Source of the DNA: Candidatus Latescibacterota bacterium
GTDB taxonomy: Bacteria; Latescibacterota; UBA2968; GCA-2709665
Assembly (NCBI GenBank): GCA_965248435.1
Contig: OZ252100.1
Coordinates: 3,904,001 to 3,968,000 of the forward strand
Direction of reading: 5' to 3'
Length of the DNA stretch: 64,000 nucleotides
Below the pieces are notes generated by a model. That model was not told the DNA's origin. It saw nothing but the letters and a program-made list of their open reading frames with translations, and ran no database searches. The position numbers were made by a program, and so were the translations under genes. Every line of letters begins with the position of its first letter. Position 1 is the first letter of the stretch. Shown here one piece after another: positions 19,460 to 29,681 of this stretch.

Positions 19460-21970
19460 ATGTCGAACCGATATAATGTAAAGGACTTCGGAGCGAAGGG
19501 CGACGGCCTGACGCTGGATACGGAGGCGATCCAGAAGACGATCGATGCCTGCGCCGAGGCAGGCGGGGGGACCGTGACCTTTCCCGCGGGGACCTATCTT
19601 TGCTCGACAATCTACTTGAAGAGTCACCTCACGTTCGAGGTCGGTCAGGGAGCGGTGTTGCTTGGAAGCAAGAACCTGTCTGATTATGGGGCTTTAACAG
19701 AAAGAGAGTTCTGCAGGGTGGCCAGTTGCGCAGGCTACTTCATCCGCGGCACCGACCTCGAAGAAGTGACGATATGCGGACCGGGTCAGATCGACGGCAA
19801 CGAGGCGGTCCGTGAAGACGGGACTCGTGGGCCGATGACGATTCTGTTCGAGGATTGCCGGAACGTGACGGTTCGAGACATCACGATCATTCGCGCCCCG
19901 GGATGGTGCACGACGTTCGTCGAGTGTGAAGATCTGCGGATTCTGAGGGTCAACGCACTGAATTGTGAGTGCGACGGGATCAACATCGTAGGCTGCAGAC
20001 AGGTTCTCTACGATGGCTGTGTGATCGATACGGCCCACGATGACCCGCTGTGCATCAAGAACGAAGGGAGACCAGGTGATCCCACCCGACACCGTTACAA
20101 CAATGTGACAGAGGATGTGATCATCACCAACACGGTGATCCGAAACACGACACACCCGGCGATAAAGATCGGGACGGGGTCTTCGGGGGTCTTCCGTAAC
20201 ATCCTGGTGACGAACTGCATCTTCGAGAACGTGAGGAGCATGTTTACGATCCAGCTTATGCGGCCGAAGCTCGAAGAGACGAAGGAACGGATGATCGAGA
20301 ACGTCGTGTTTTCGAATGTTACGGTTCGCGGCGTCCACGACGTCTTCGACATCACGGCGATGGCTGTGGATGAGGCGGCCGTTTCAGATCTGGTGTTCGA
20401 CAATCTGCTCGTCTCAGGGGTGAGGGAAACGTCGAAGATCTGGGGGACCGAGCAGGTCTGGATGAGCAACGTCACGATCAAGAACTCCCGCTTCGTTCAT
20501 TCTGAAAGCAGCATGACAAAATGGCTGTCCTGCGCCTACACGAAGAACCTGACGGTTCGGGATGTGACGTTCGATCTCCGTGAGCCGTTGGACAGCGTGG
20601 TGGAGTTGGACCGCGCTGATGGGTTTACCTGGGACAGGGTGTCGACGACTGGCGAGGCTGTTCGTGACCGCGTGATCGCGATCGGAAACTCTACCGGTGT
20701 AGAGATCCGGGGCTGTAGCGCGAGAGATGTCGATACTTACCTTCAAGTTGGCGAAGGAGGGCTCACAGACCTCAGATTTCTGGGGAACGACCTGCAGGAG
20801 GCGCGGGAACCGCTACTGGCTGGGTGTGACGCGATCTCAGGGAATGTCCGACCTCTGGCCGAGCGGGTTTCTTGCTCTGTCCTGGAGATGGATCGGAAGA
20901 TCGACCCCGGTACAGCGCTGGCGATCAAGGCCGACCTGAAGAACGAGGGAGAGGCTGGCGCGTTTCTGCTGAAGGTGACCGAGGGCGATCAGACGCTGGG
21001 TGGGCGGTGGGTGTACCTCGGAGCCGGAGAGCAGAGGACCGTGGCGTTCCAGACGGAGCCGATCTATCGATCCGGAAAGCACGAGGTGGAGGTCGGAGGT
21101 GTATCGGAAGCGGTGACCGTCCGAGACGTGCCGTGCGCGCTTGCTTACCCAGGTCCGTTCGAACTGGTCGTGGAGGACGGTCAGCCTGAATTGACGTGGG
21201 TGAAGGTGCCGGTCCAGAACATCGGAGGTCAGCCCGGCACGGCGGAAGTGACACTGGATGCAGCGGGGCACGTTATAAAGAAGGAAATCTCACTCGATCC
21301 GGGCGATTCTTCTTTCGTGACGTTCGACGATTTCAAAGGGGCTTCGTCCCTTCTGCCCCTGAGGGTCGGTGATTATCCTCCGCTAGAGTATTGCACGTAC
21401 GCAAACACGGACGGGCGATTCTTCTACCACCACGACGGCCGGATCGAGATTCACGCCGGCGGAGAGCGGGGTTCGTTCGAGCAGCACGCCGTCGTTTACC
21501 TGCCGCGGATCGCGGGCGATTACACGGCGGTCTGTCGCTTGTGTTACCAGGACACCCATACCGGGGAGTACGCGAGCGTGGGCCTTATCGCGCGGAACGT
21601 GATGGCGGACGATCACTCTGCGGGTCACGCCAAGTACTATCACGTGATCAAGTACGGTGGATTTATGATTTTCAATGTCGACCGCGACGGGGATGGAAAA
21701 TTTGACGATGGGGGCAGCGGGCAGGTTTACCCCATCCCGTTCTGGATAAAGCTGGAGCGGCGGGGCAAGGAGTTCCGGGCCTACGTGAGCGAAGATGGCG
21801 AGCACTGGGAGGAGAACCAGGTAAGGAGGGGGGGCAAGCGGCTACAGCTCAGCGGCCACTTTGTCCAGGAAAACGTCTCGGAAACGCAGGACGTGGGGGT
21901 TTTCGGCCTGGCCTACGGAGAGGGGATATCCAAGGTGATCTTGGGAGACTTCAGCGTTACACAGGCCTGA
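19460..21970 (+). CDS. GH28-like beta-helix protein, paralog of 2937-5420
   Basis: YNVKDFGAKGDG..DTEAIQKTID, CDGINI, DDPLCIK, AIKIGT; same C-terminal domains and the same ending GDFSVTQA. Confidence 0.85.
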   Translation: MSNRYNVKDFGAKGDGLTLDTEAIQKTIDACAEAGGGTVTFPAGTYLCSTIYLKSHLTFEVGQGAVLLGSKNLSDYGALTEREFCRVASCAGYFIRGTDLEEVTICGPGQIDGNEAVREDGTRGPMTILFEDCRNVTVRDITIIRAPGWCTTFVECEDLRILRVNALNCECDGINIVGCRQVLYDGCVIDTAHDDPLCIKNEGRPGDPTRHRYNNVTEDVIITNTVIRNTTHPAIKIGTGSSGVFRNILVTNCIFENVRSMFTIQLMRPKLEETKERMIENVVFSNVTVRGVHDVFDITAMAVDEAAVSDLVFDNLLVSGVRETSKIWGTEQVWMSNVTIKNSRFVHSESSMTKWLSCAYTKNLTVRDVTFDLREPLDSVVELDRADGFTWDRVSTTGEAVRDRVIAIGNSTGVEIRGCSARDVDTYLQVGEGGLTDLRFLGNDLQEAREPLLAGCDAISGNVRPLAERVSCSVLEMDRKIDPGTALAIKADLKNEGEAGAFLLKVTEGDQTLGGRWVYLGAGEQRTVAFQTEPIYRSGKHEVEVGGVSEAVTVRDVPCALAYPGPFELVVEDGQPELTWVKVPVQNIGGQPGTAEVTLDAAGHVIKKEISLDPGDSSFVTFDDFKGASSLLPLRVGDYPPLEYCTYANTDGRFFYHHDGRIEIHAGGERGSFEQHAVVYLPRIAGDYTAVCRLCYQDTHTGEYASVGLIARNVMADDHSAGHAKYYHVIKYGGFMIFNVDRDGDGKFDDGGSGQVYPIPFWIKLERRGKEFRAYVSEDGEHWEENQVRRGGKRLQLSGHFVQENVSETQDVGVFGLAYGEGISKVILGDFSVTQA

Positions 21971-21973
21971 TAA

Positions 21974-22160
21974 CGGGTACCGGGGAATCAAAACACGGGT
22001 ACCGGGGATCGGGAAAACCAAAACCAGAAATCACCGCAGAGGACGCAGAGAAAACTCGGGTAGCGGGAAACCAAAACACGGGTACCTGGGATCGGGTAAT
22101 GGCAAAATTTGGATTGAAATTGATCTTTCGAACCCCGGTACCCGGTACCCGGTACCCGAA
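21974..22160. repeat. 'Empty' heptamer element (two L arms, a CACCGCAGAGGACGCAGAG unit, R arm)
   Basis: L at 21974 and about 22057, R at 22126-22160. Confidence 0.85.
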
Positions 22161-22162
22161 CA

Positions 22163-24169
22163 GTGGCTGCTTTGAATCCTAATCAGAGTGCCTCGCTTCC
22201 TGAAGGGGAGGCCGGTCCGGCCTCAGAGCGTGGGGTCACCTTCCGGGCCGTGGTCCTGGGTCTCGCGATCGTCGTGGTCATCAACCTCTGGGTGACCTAT
22301 GCCGAAGCGGTCGTCATATCCACCCGGCTCAATCTGAACTACTTCCAACTCCCCCTTCTCGTCTTCTTCATCTTCCTGGTTGGCGCTGTCAATCCGCTGC
22401 TCAAGCTTTTCAATCAGAGGCTCGCCTTCTCTTCGTCAGAGCTTCTGACCGTCGTGGCGATCGGCATCGTCGGGTCGGCCGTGCCCGGTTCTGGAATCAC
22501 CGGGTTCTTCATGGGCGTCATCTCTTCTCCGTTCTACTTTGCCACAGCTGAAAACCAGTGGTCCGAGTTCTATCACCCGCATCTCGATTCGTGGATGGTC
22601 CCCACGGATCGTGAAGCGTTAAGGGTGTTCTATGAAGGGCTCCCTGCGGGTGCGCAGATCCCCTGGGGGGCGTGGACAGTCCCGCTGGCGTGGTGGAGCA
22701 GTCTGATTCTGGCCGTTCTGGTGGGGATCGCGTGTCTGATGGTGATCCTGCGCAAACAGTGGGTCGAACACGAAAGACTGGCCTACCCGCTCGTGGCCGT
22801 ACCGCTCGAGATGGTCCAGGATGCGGATTCGGAGCGTTTTCTTCCGGGATTCATGCGAGGCAAGCTCTTCTGGATAGCGGCGGCTCTCGCATTCGGCATG
22901 TTCGTCTGGAAGTCGCTTCGGTGGTTCTGGCCCGCAGTCCCGGACTTTGTGCTGGTGCCTCCCCGGCCCTTTTCACCTTACTTCCGGTTCACGCGGCATT
23001 CTCCGGCACTCGTCATCTCCCCCCTTAATTTCTTCACCCTCGGGTTCGCCTATTTCGCCAACCTTGAAGTCCTGTTCAGCGTCTGGTTCTTCTTTATGAT
23101 ACACGTCATAGAGGGGACGATACTCACCCGGCTGGGACTCCAGACTCAGCAGGCGACCGACCACTTCACGGCCGATCAGGAGATCCAGGCCTGGCAGTGT
23201 TTCGGGGCCCTGGCCTGTATGGTCGTGTGGCGGCTCTGGGTGGCGCGCAATCACCTGAAAGCGGTCTTCCTGAAGGCACTGAATGGCCGTTATCCGGTCG
23301 AGGACAGGGATGAGATCCTTTCCTACCGGATGGCTGTGACAGGGCTGTTACTGAGCCTGAGTTACCTTCTGTTCTTGATGCATCGCGCGGGCATGGATTT
23401 CATCACCGCCATCGTCTTCATGGCGGGCACGGGGATCATCTACGTGGGAATGGCCCGAGTCGTGTCTGAAGCCGGCCTGGTGACCACACAGTCCCCGATT
23501 TCGGCGCAGGCCTTCACGATGGACATGCGAGGGACCGCGGTGATGTCGGGGTCCACTCTGACATCTATCATGCTATCCTACTCGCTGATCGACTACGTTC
23601 GGGGGCTGTTCACGCCGGCACTCGCGCAGTCCGTGAAGCTGGGCGATCTGATCCGGCGCAACCGGCGGAAACTGGTCTTCTGGGTGTGCGCGGGCATGCT
23701 GGCTGGACTGGCCTCCTCTGTGTGGATCACCCTCACCCTGGGTCACGCCCGCGGTGCCTACAACTATCGGCGGTTCCACAGGGGGAATCCCAAGGGGGTC
23801 ATGTCCGTCCCTGTGGGGCAGATGAAATCGGCTCAGCCCCCGCAGCTGGATCGGATGCTTTTCTTCGGCATCGGCGCGGTATTGATGGGACTGTTGACCT
23901 TCCTGAGATATCGCTTCAGCTGGTGGTCGATTCATCCTATCGGCTTTGCCATCTCGGCGTCGGACAACTCCAAGTCGATCCTGATGCCGGTGTTCTTCGC
24001 CTGGATGTTCAAATCGATCGTGATGCGGTTCGGGGGGATGAGGCTTTACCTGCGCTCGAAGCCTCTCTTTCTGGGGCTGCTGGTCGGCTACACACTCGGC
24101 GTGTTTTACTGTTTCCTGATCGATCTGATCTGGTTCTCGGGTCACGGACACGGGGTCCATGGCTGGTGA
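22163..24169 (+). CDS. DUF6785/DUF6784-like polytopic membrane protein (putative transporter)
   Basis: GVTFRAVVLG, LRKQWVEHERLAYPL, WWSIHPIGF, RFGGMRLY..KPLFLGL. Confidence 0.78.
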   Translation: MAALNPNQSASLPEGEAGPASERGVTFRAVVLGLAIVVVINLWVTYAEAVVISTRLNLNYFQLPLLVFFIFLVGAVNPLLKLFNQRLAFSSSELLTVVAIGIVGSAVPGSGITGFFMGVISSPFYFATAENQWSEFYHPHLDSWMVPTDREALRVFYEGLPAGAQIPWGAWTVPLAWWSSLILAVLVGIACLMVILRKQWVEHERLAYPLVAVPLEMVQDADSERFLPGFMRGKLFWIAAALAFGMFVWKSLRWFWPAVPDFVLVPPRPFSPYFRFTRHSPALVISPLNFFTLGFAYFANLEVLFSVWFFFMIHVIEGTILTRLGLQTQQATDHFTADQEIQAWQCFGALACMVVWRLWVARNHLKAVFLKALNGRYPVEDRDEILSYRMAVTGLLLSLSYLLFLMHRAGMDFITAIVFMAGTGIIYVGMARVVSEAGLVTTQSPISAQAFTMDMRGTAVMSGSTLTSIMLSYSLIDYVRGLFTPALAQSVKLGDLIRRNRRKLVFWVCAGMLAGLASSVWITLTLGHARGAYNYRRFHRGNPKGVMSVPVGQMKSAQPPQLDRMLFFGIGAVLMGLLTFLRYRFSWWSIHPIGFAISASDNSKSILMPVFFAWMFKSIVMRFGGMRLYLRSKPLFLGLLVGYTLGVFYCFLIDLIWFSGHGHGVHGW

Positions 24170-24174
24170 AGAGA

Positions 24175-24251
24175 ACGGGTACCGGGAAGGCAGAACACGG
24201 GAAGGCAGAACACGGGTACCGGGAAGGCAGAACACGGGTACCGGGTACCGC
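24175..24251. repeat. Solo L arm with internal tandem expansion of GGGAAGGCAGAACAC
   Basis: Three copies of CGGGAAGGCAGAACA interleaved with GGGTACC heptamers. Confidence 0.8.
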
Positions 24252-24364
24252 AAAACCCTGGGATCGACGTTCGTCATGTGTTTCATCGGGGACATCCTCA
24301 GTCATAGCTTATCCGTAGGGCTTCAGCGAAATCGTGTCTTTCAGGATCGCGTCTGGCATTGCTT

Positions 24365-25696
24365 TCAATTGTTGAACACAGTGGCAAGGGAGCTGTCCAG
24401 GGCTTTCAGGGTAGTGGCGATATCCTCTTCCGTGTGCGCCGCGGAGATCGAGCATTGCTTGGTGGCCACCGGAAAGAAGTAGATTCCTGCGTCGATCAGG
24501 GCGCGGCGCATGGCCACGTCCTGCTCGAAGTCGTGGTGAGAGGCCAGGTCGTGCCAGTCGCGGGGCTCGTGGTCCATGAAGTAGATGCAGAAGGCTGAGC
24601 CCTGGCGCGCCACCATGCCTTCTATGCTGTGGGAGCGCAGGAGCGCCTCGATGCCTTCCTGGGCCTGCGCGCCCAGGTGCTCCAGGTGGCGGTAGACCGC
24701 ACCGTCGTCTTCGAGCAGGCGTTCGATCGTGGCGATGGCCGCGGCAACGGAGACGGGGTGGCCGCTGTAGGTCCCGGCGATGAGCGGGCGCAAGGTCGGA
24801 TCCGGATGGGCGAAGCGGTCCATGAGCTCGGCTTTACCGCCCAGTGCGGCCAGGGGGAAGCCGTTGGCAATTGCCTTGGCAAAGACCACCAGGTCGGGCC
24901 GGACGCCGCTGATGTGGCTGTAGCCGCCCACCGAGTAGCGGAAACCGGTCTTGACCTCGTCGAAGATGAGGACAAAGCCGTAGTGATCGGCCAGCTCGCG
25001 CAGGCCCTGGAGGTAGCCCGGCTTCGGCTTGAGGATGCCGATGTTCTGGAGGATGGGCTCGGTGACGAGGGCGGCGACGGGGTCGCGCTCGCAGATGTAG
25101 CGCACGGAGTCCAGGTCGTTGAAGTTGATCACGTGCACCAGTTGCTCCTGTACCCGGGGGAGGCCCGGTCCCAGGCGGACGTAAGGGTATTCGCCGGGGG
25201 AGACGCGCGGCCCGAGCTGCTCCAGGGGGGTGAGGACATTGCAGGCGAGTTCGTTGTGCGAGCCGTTGAAGCCGCCCTGCATGACGATGACGTGGTCGCG
25301 CCCGGTTGTGGCGCGGGCGAGGCGCAGGGCGGCGATATTGGCTTCGGAGCCGGTGTTGAGGAGCTCGACATTTTCCACCGCCGGTACGTGGGTGCAGATG
25401 AATTCGGCCAGGCGGCCCTCGAGTGCGTTGGTGCCCGTGCCATAGAGGCTCATTTTGTCCTCGAGGACCTTGGTGACAGCCTGGTTGACGTGCGGGTCGT
25501 TGTGCCCCAGGACGTGCGGTGCAAAGGCGGCGTGAAAGTCGATGTAGCGGTTGTCGTCCACGTCCCACATGTAGGCACCCTGGGCGCGGGCAAAGGCGAT
25601 GGTGGGCTCCACCTTGCGAACGCCCGAAACCACGCCGCCGGGGATGTATTGCTGGTTGTGTTCGAGGACTTTGATGGATCGGGGCCGCTCTTTCAT
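24365..25696 (-). CDS. Class III aminotransferase (glutamate-1-semialdehyde aminomutase-like)
   Basis: IPGGVVSGVR, WDVDDNRYIDF, NTGSEA, LIFDEVKTGFR, PDLVVFAKAIANGFP. Confidence 0.9.
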   Translation of the reverse strand: MKERPRSIKVLEHNQQYIPGGVVSGVRKVEPTIAFARAQGAYMWDVDDNRYIDFHAAFAPHVLGHNDPHVNQAVTKVLEDKMSLYGTGTNALEGRLAEFICTHVPAVENVELLNTGSEANIAALRLARATTGRDHVIVMQGGFNGSHNELACNVLTPLEQLGPRVSPGEYPYVRLGPGLPRVQEQLVHVINFNDLDSVRYICERDPVAALVTEPILQNIGILKPKPGYLQGLRELADHYGFVLIFDEVKTGFRYSVGGYSHISGVRPDLVVFAKAIANGFPLAALGGKAELMDRFAHPDPTLRPLIAGTYSGHPVSVAAAIATIERLLEDDGAVYRHLEHLGAQAQEGIEALLRSHSIEGMVARQGSAFCIYFMDHEPRDWHDLASHHDFEQDVAMRRALIDAGIYFFPVATKQCSISAAHTEEDIATTLKALDSSLATVFNN

Positions 25697-25709
25697 CTTC
25701 GGTTTCCCT

Positions 25710-25842
25710 TTAGCGGAAGGTCAGAAACTGGGCGGGGTTCTCCACCAGCATCTGCTGGATGGCTGCGCCGGAGACGCCTTTGTCTTTGAGGCGCGGGACG
25801 ATGTATGCGAGGACGTGGCCGTAGCCGTGGCCGCCATCGACT
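25710..25842 (-). pseudogene. C-terminal remnant of a phosphotriesterase-family protein
   Basis: Minus strand reads DGGHGYGHVLAYIVPRLKDKGVSGAAIQQMLVENPAQFLTFR*. No start codon before an upstream TAA in AT-rich DNA. Confidence 0.7.
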
Positions 25843-26042
25843 GTTTTAAGTAAGTAGCAACAAAGAATAGTATAGCATATTTAAGAAAGTAATAAAGTAT
25901 CTTAGCATGCAGTAGATCCTGGGCGACGCCGAGGCAATACCCTTCCCGATTTTCCGGGACAAGTGTCTTCCTTTCTCAGGCGAAGGAGTGGCACACGAGG
26001 TGATAGCAGATCGCGTTCAAGGACACGTTTGGAGGGACACCG

Positions 26043-26966
26043 ATGATGAACTTGGAGGCATTGAAAGGACGGGTGAAGGGGATCTTTCCTCCCATCACCA
26101 CTCCGCTGACGGAAACTGAGGAATTCGATGAACAGGGCATGCGGCGGCTGGTTCAGTACCTGATCGATAGCGGGGTGCACGGACTGTTCGTGCTGGGATC
26201 GACGGGGGAATTCGCGACCTTTACCCAGGCAGAGCGGCAGCGGATCATCGAGGTGGTGGTGGATGAGGCGGCCGGCAGGGTGCCGATCCTGGCGAATGCG
26301 ACAGAAATCGGGACCAAGAAGACCGTGCAAAGTGCCAGGATGGTGGCGGAGACGGGGGCTGACGCGATGGTCCTGATGGTCCCCTTCTATTTCACGCACA
26401 CCGCCTCGGAGGTGATGCGTCACTTCAAAGATGTGACCGCATCGGTCGACCTCCCGGCCTTTATCTACAACAATCCAGAGAGCACCAAATTCAACCTGAC
26501 GCCGGAGATGCTGGAGGAGCTGTGCCAGGAGGGGCGAATCGTCGGGATCAAGGACAGCAGCAACGACTTCGCCCAATTTCAGGAGCTGCTCAGGCGGTTC
26601 AAAGGCTCGAAGGATTTCGAGGTCTTCCAGGGGGAGGAACATCACCTCGCAGCCAGCATACTTTTGGGCGCAGCAGGCGCGGTGCTGACCGTCGCCAACG
26701 CGGTTCCAAAGCTCTGCGTGGCGCTCTACGAAGCAGGCGTGAACGGGGAGATCGAAAGGGCGTTCTCTCTGCAGGATCGATTGATGAAGGCCTTCGGGAT
26801 GTTCCAGATCCCGGGCGCGTTGACGGCCGGTTCGGCAATCGGTGGGGTGAAGGCCGCTCTAGCCCTGCGTGGGATATGCGGGGGGACCGTGAAAAAGCCT
26901 TTTGAGCCGCCACCCGAAACAGATGTCAAAAGGATCAAGGAGATTCTGGACGAAGTTGAGAAGTAA
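26043..26966 (+). CDS. Dihydrodipicolinate synthase / N-acetylneuraminate lyase family aldolase
   Basis: GIFPPITTP, GLFVLGSTGEF, FIYNNP, IVGIKDSS. Confidence 0.92.
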   Translation: MMNLEALKGRVKGIFPPITTPLTETEEFDEQGMRRLVQYLIDSGVHGLFVLGSTGEFATFTQAERQRIIEVVVDEAAGRVPILANATEIGTKKTVQSARMVAETGADAMVLMVPFYFTHTASEVMRHFKDVTASVDLPAFIYNNPESTKFNLTPEMLEELCQEGRIVGIKDSSNDFAQFQELLRRFKGSKDFEVFQGEEHHLAASILLGAAGAVLTVANAVPKLCVALYEAGVNGEIERAFSLQDRLMKAFGMFQIPGALTAGSAIGGVKAALALRGICGGTVKKPFEPPPETDVKRIKEILDEVEK

Positions 26967-26980
26967 AGATAGGGTAATAG

Positions 26981-27130
26981 CAATTGCGGATTGCGGATTT
27001 GGGATTGCGGAATAAAACCGGGTACCGGGAAAGCAACACAAGGGTGCCGGGGATCGGGAAAACCAAAACCAGAAATCACCGCAGAGGCCTGTCCCGGCAA
27101 TGCTTTTGAGCCGGGACGCAGAGAAAATCG
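26981..27130. repeat. Repeat cluster: GCGGATT heptamers, L arm, CGCAGAG unit split by a 28-bp hairpin insert (27087-27114)
   Basis: Compare with 21974-22055. Confidence 0.75.
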
Positions 27131-27150
27131 CGTAACGGAAGGAGAGAGAC

Positions 27151-28221
27151 ATGAACGTTGCACTGCTGGGAGCGGGCGAGCCTCACTTCGACGGGCACTT
27201 GAAGACGCTGCAGGTTCTGCCCGAGGTAGAAGCCGTTCACGTTTGGGGCGATATCGTCGAGGCGGTGGAAGCGCTCGAAGCGGACAAACCGGCGAAAGTA
27301 GAGACGGTAACGTCCGACCTGGATGATCTGCTGGCGCGAGTGAAACCGTCCTTCGCGATCGCCACGACACGCAACAACCGGAAGCCGGCCATTTTCGCAC
27401 GCCTGCTCGAGGCCGATATTCACCTGATGGCGGAAAAACCTATCGCGAACACCGGCCGGGAGGTCGCCAGCCTCGTGGACCTGGCCGAAAGCCGGGGACT
27501 CGCGCTCGGGACCTGCTATACGAATCGCTACCATCCCGTCATACAGGAGGCGCGCCGGCTGGTCGCGGAGGGACTCATCGGTCCTATGATGTCGATGGAG
27601 ATCAGGATGCTGACGACCCAGCCGGGAATTCGGGACCCGAAGAAATGGCTGTTCCACAAGGAACACGCCGGCGGGGGGATTCTGGCCTGGCTGGGATGCC
27701 ACTACATCGACCTGATGCGCTACATCACCGGTGATGAAATCGTCTCCGTCCAGGCGGAGGTGGCCACGCGAAGCGGCGAAGAGATTGACGTGGAAGACAT
27801 TGCCGTCCTGTCCCTGCGATTCCGATCGGGCGCGGTTGGGTCGCTCCACAATGGATATACCATGGCCCTGAAAGGGGAGCGCTACGGGGACATGCCCGCC
27901 TACGATACGTACATGGGCATCAACGGCCAGCTCGGACGCATCTACTGGGATGATGTCGGCCAACCCAGCCACATGTTTGCCGAGACGACACACGAAGCGT
28001 GGGCTGACTCGCCCGTGAGAGAGTTCGATTTCACCGTCGCGGAGTCGCCCGCCTACAGCGGGGTCCACGGCGAGGCGTTTATGCGGGACTTCATCCACGC
28101 GGCCCAGGGGAAGGGCGAGGTCCCTGCCTCAGGTCGCGACGCCCTGCAGGTTGCCCGGGTGATCGATGGGGCTTACGCGTCGAGTGCTACGGGTCGTCGC
28201 GTTGATATTGAAGCACCATGA
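27151..28221 (+). CDS. Gfo/Idh/MocA family oxidoreductase
   Basis: HLMAEKP, GGGILAWLGCHYIDL, VEDIA, ASSATGRRV. Confidence 0.9.
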   Translation: MNVALLGAGEPHFDGHLKTLQVLPEVEAVHVWGDIVEAVEALEADKPAKVETVTSDLDDLLARVKPSFAIATTRNNRKPAIFARLLEADIHLMAEKPIANTGREVASLVDLAESRGLALGTCYTNRYHPVIQEARRLVAEGLIGPMMSMEIRMLTTQPGIRDPKKWLFHKEHAGGGILAWLGCHYIDLMRYITGDEIVSVQAEVATRSGEEIDVEDIAVLSLRFRSGAVGSLHNGYTMALKGERYGDMPAYDTYMGINGQLGRIYWDDVGQPSHMFAETTHEAWADSPVREFDFTVAESPAYSGVHGEAFMRDFIHAAQGKGEVPASGRDALQVARVIDGAYASSATGRRVDIEAP

Positions 28222-28243
28222 GTGAGGAAGACTCCCGCCACGA

Positions 28244-28334
28244 CCGGGTACCGGGAAAGCAAAACACGGGTACCGGGTACCGTAGAACCGGAGAGCCATT
28301 CAATTGCGGATTGCGGATTTGGGATTGCGGAATG
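28244..28334. repeat. Solo L arm plus GCGGATT heptamers
   Basis: CCGGGTACCGGGAAAGCAAAACACGGGTACCGGGTACCG, then CAATTGCGGATTGCGGATTTGGGATTGCGGAAT. Confidence 0.8.
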
Positions 28335-28442
28335 GAAGGCAGGATCACGAAGGGCGTCACGAAATTCCTCGTACAAAAAAATGAGGATTCTGAGAATCGG
28401 AGGGTCACCCCCCGTTAGGCCTTCGGTGACAAGGGAGCCGCC

Positions 28443-29681
28443 GTGAAACAACCGGAGTTTTCGGACTTCCCTCTGGATGAGTACCTTGCCAGGGTCAGTA
28501 GGCTCAGGGCAGCGCTGCAGGAGGCGGAGATCGACGCGCTCCTCGTCAGCAACAAGGAGAACGTGACGTACTTCGCAGGCCTTCTGCACGGCTACTACTG
28601 GGTCACCAGCTGGGACGAGGAGTCTCAATTCGCACTGTTTCCGGCAACAGAGGATGAGCGATGCACGCTCATCACTGCCGAGGGGCTCGAGGAGACGACA
28701 CGGACCAGCTGGATAGAGGACTTGCGGTTGTGGGCACAGTATCGGCCCGGATCGAAGCGGACGCCCCTGACCGTCCTGGTCGCTGCAATCAAAGAGAGAG
28801 GCCTCGAGAATGCCCGGATCGCGGCCGAGATCGGTCCCAATGACAGGATGGCTGCATCTGCAGCGCTTTACGAAGGGCTGAAGGAACAGCTGCCGAACGT
28901 CGAGTTCGTCTCGTGCTACGAGGTGGTCAGCAAGGTTCGCGCGATCAAGTCCGATCGCGAAGTGGCGTGTGTTCGCAGGGCCTGTGACATTACCTGCAAG
29001 GGGTTCGAAGCAGGGCTCAGGGAATTGCGCGGGGGCATGTCCGAGAAGGAGCTGACGCACATCATCTGCTCGACGATGCTGAAGCACAATCCAGAGGGCG
29101 TGGCGGCCGTTCCCTGGTCGATTTTTCTCACTACAAGCGGCCGTAGCCCCGTGTTGTTCGATGCGCCCCCGAGCGACTACCGTTTCAAGAAAGGCGACAC
29201 CGTCTGGATCGATGGAGGTGCCCTATATAAGGGGTACTGGTGCGACATGCTCCGGTGCGCCTCCGTAGGCACGCCGAATGAAGATGTTGTGAGGTTTTAC
29301 GAGGTAAGCCGACGGGGCAACGAGGTCTGTATGGAGATGATCAAGCCCGGTGTGAAGGTTTCGGACCTGTGGAAAGGCTTCGTTGAAACGTGCGAGGAGA
29401 TGGGATTCGCCAGCGAGATAAAACAATCGGTGGACCACGGCTATTCTTTCCTGGGACACAGCATCGGGCTTTCGCTTCACGAACAGCCGTTTATTACCGC
29501 AAACGCGGAAGGACGCGTCGAGGAGAACATGATCCTGACCATCGAAGGGATCGTTCCCGACGTTCTGCCGTGGTCCGAGACACGTATCGCCCTGAAGTGC
29601 GAGGACGACGTCGTCGTGACGAAGGATGGCTTTGAACTGCTGACGCCTCTGTCCAGGGACCTGTGGGTGACGCCGGATTGA
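28443..29681 (+). CDS. M24 family Xaa-Pro peptidase / creatinase-like protein
   Basis: RAIKSDRE, WIDGGALYKGYWCD, GHSIGLSLHEQP, TIEG, CEDDVVVT. Confidence 0.9.
   Translation: MKQPEFSDFPLDEYLARVSRLRAALQEAEIDALLVSNKENVTYFAGLLHGYYWVTSWDEESQFALFPATEDERCTLITAEGLEETTRTSWIEDLRLWAQYRPGSKRTPLTVLVAAIKERGLENARIAAEIGPNDRMAASAALYEGLKEQLPNVEFVSCYEVVSKVRAIKSDREVACVRRACDITCKGFEAGLRELRGGMSEKELTHIICSTMLKHNPEGVAAVPWSIFLTTSGRSPVLFDAPPSDYRFKKGDTVWIDGGALYKGYWCDMLRCASVGTPNEDVVRFYEVSRRGNEVCMEMIKPGVKVSDLWKGFVETCEEMGFASEIKQSVDHGYSFLGHSIGLSLHEQPFITANAEGRVEENMILTIEGIVPDVLPWSETRIALKCEDDVVVTKDGFELLTPLSRDLWVTPD

Noticed and set aside
21974-24251. Heptamer or REP clusters as CRISPR arrays
   Set aside because: No constant-length repeat alternating with unique spacers, and no cas genes.
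714-28334. Integron cassette array (co-oriented genes separated by palindromes)
   Set aside because: No integrase here, the repeats lack consistent RYYYAAC/GTTRRRY attC ends, and the genes are large metabolic genes.
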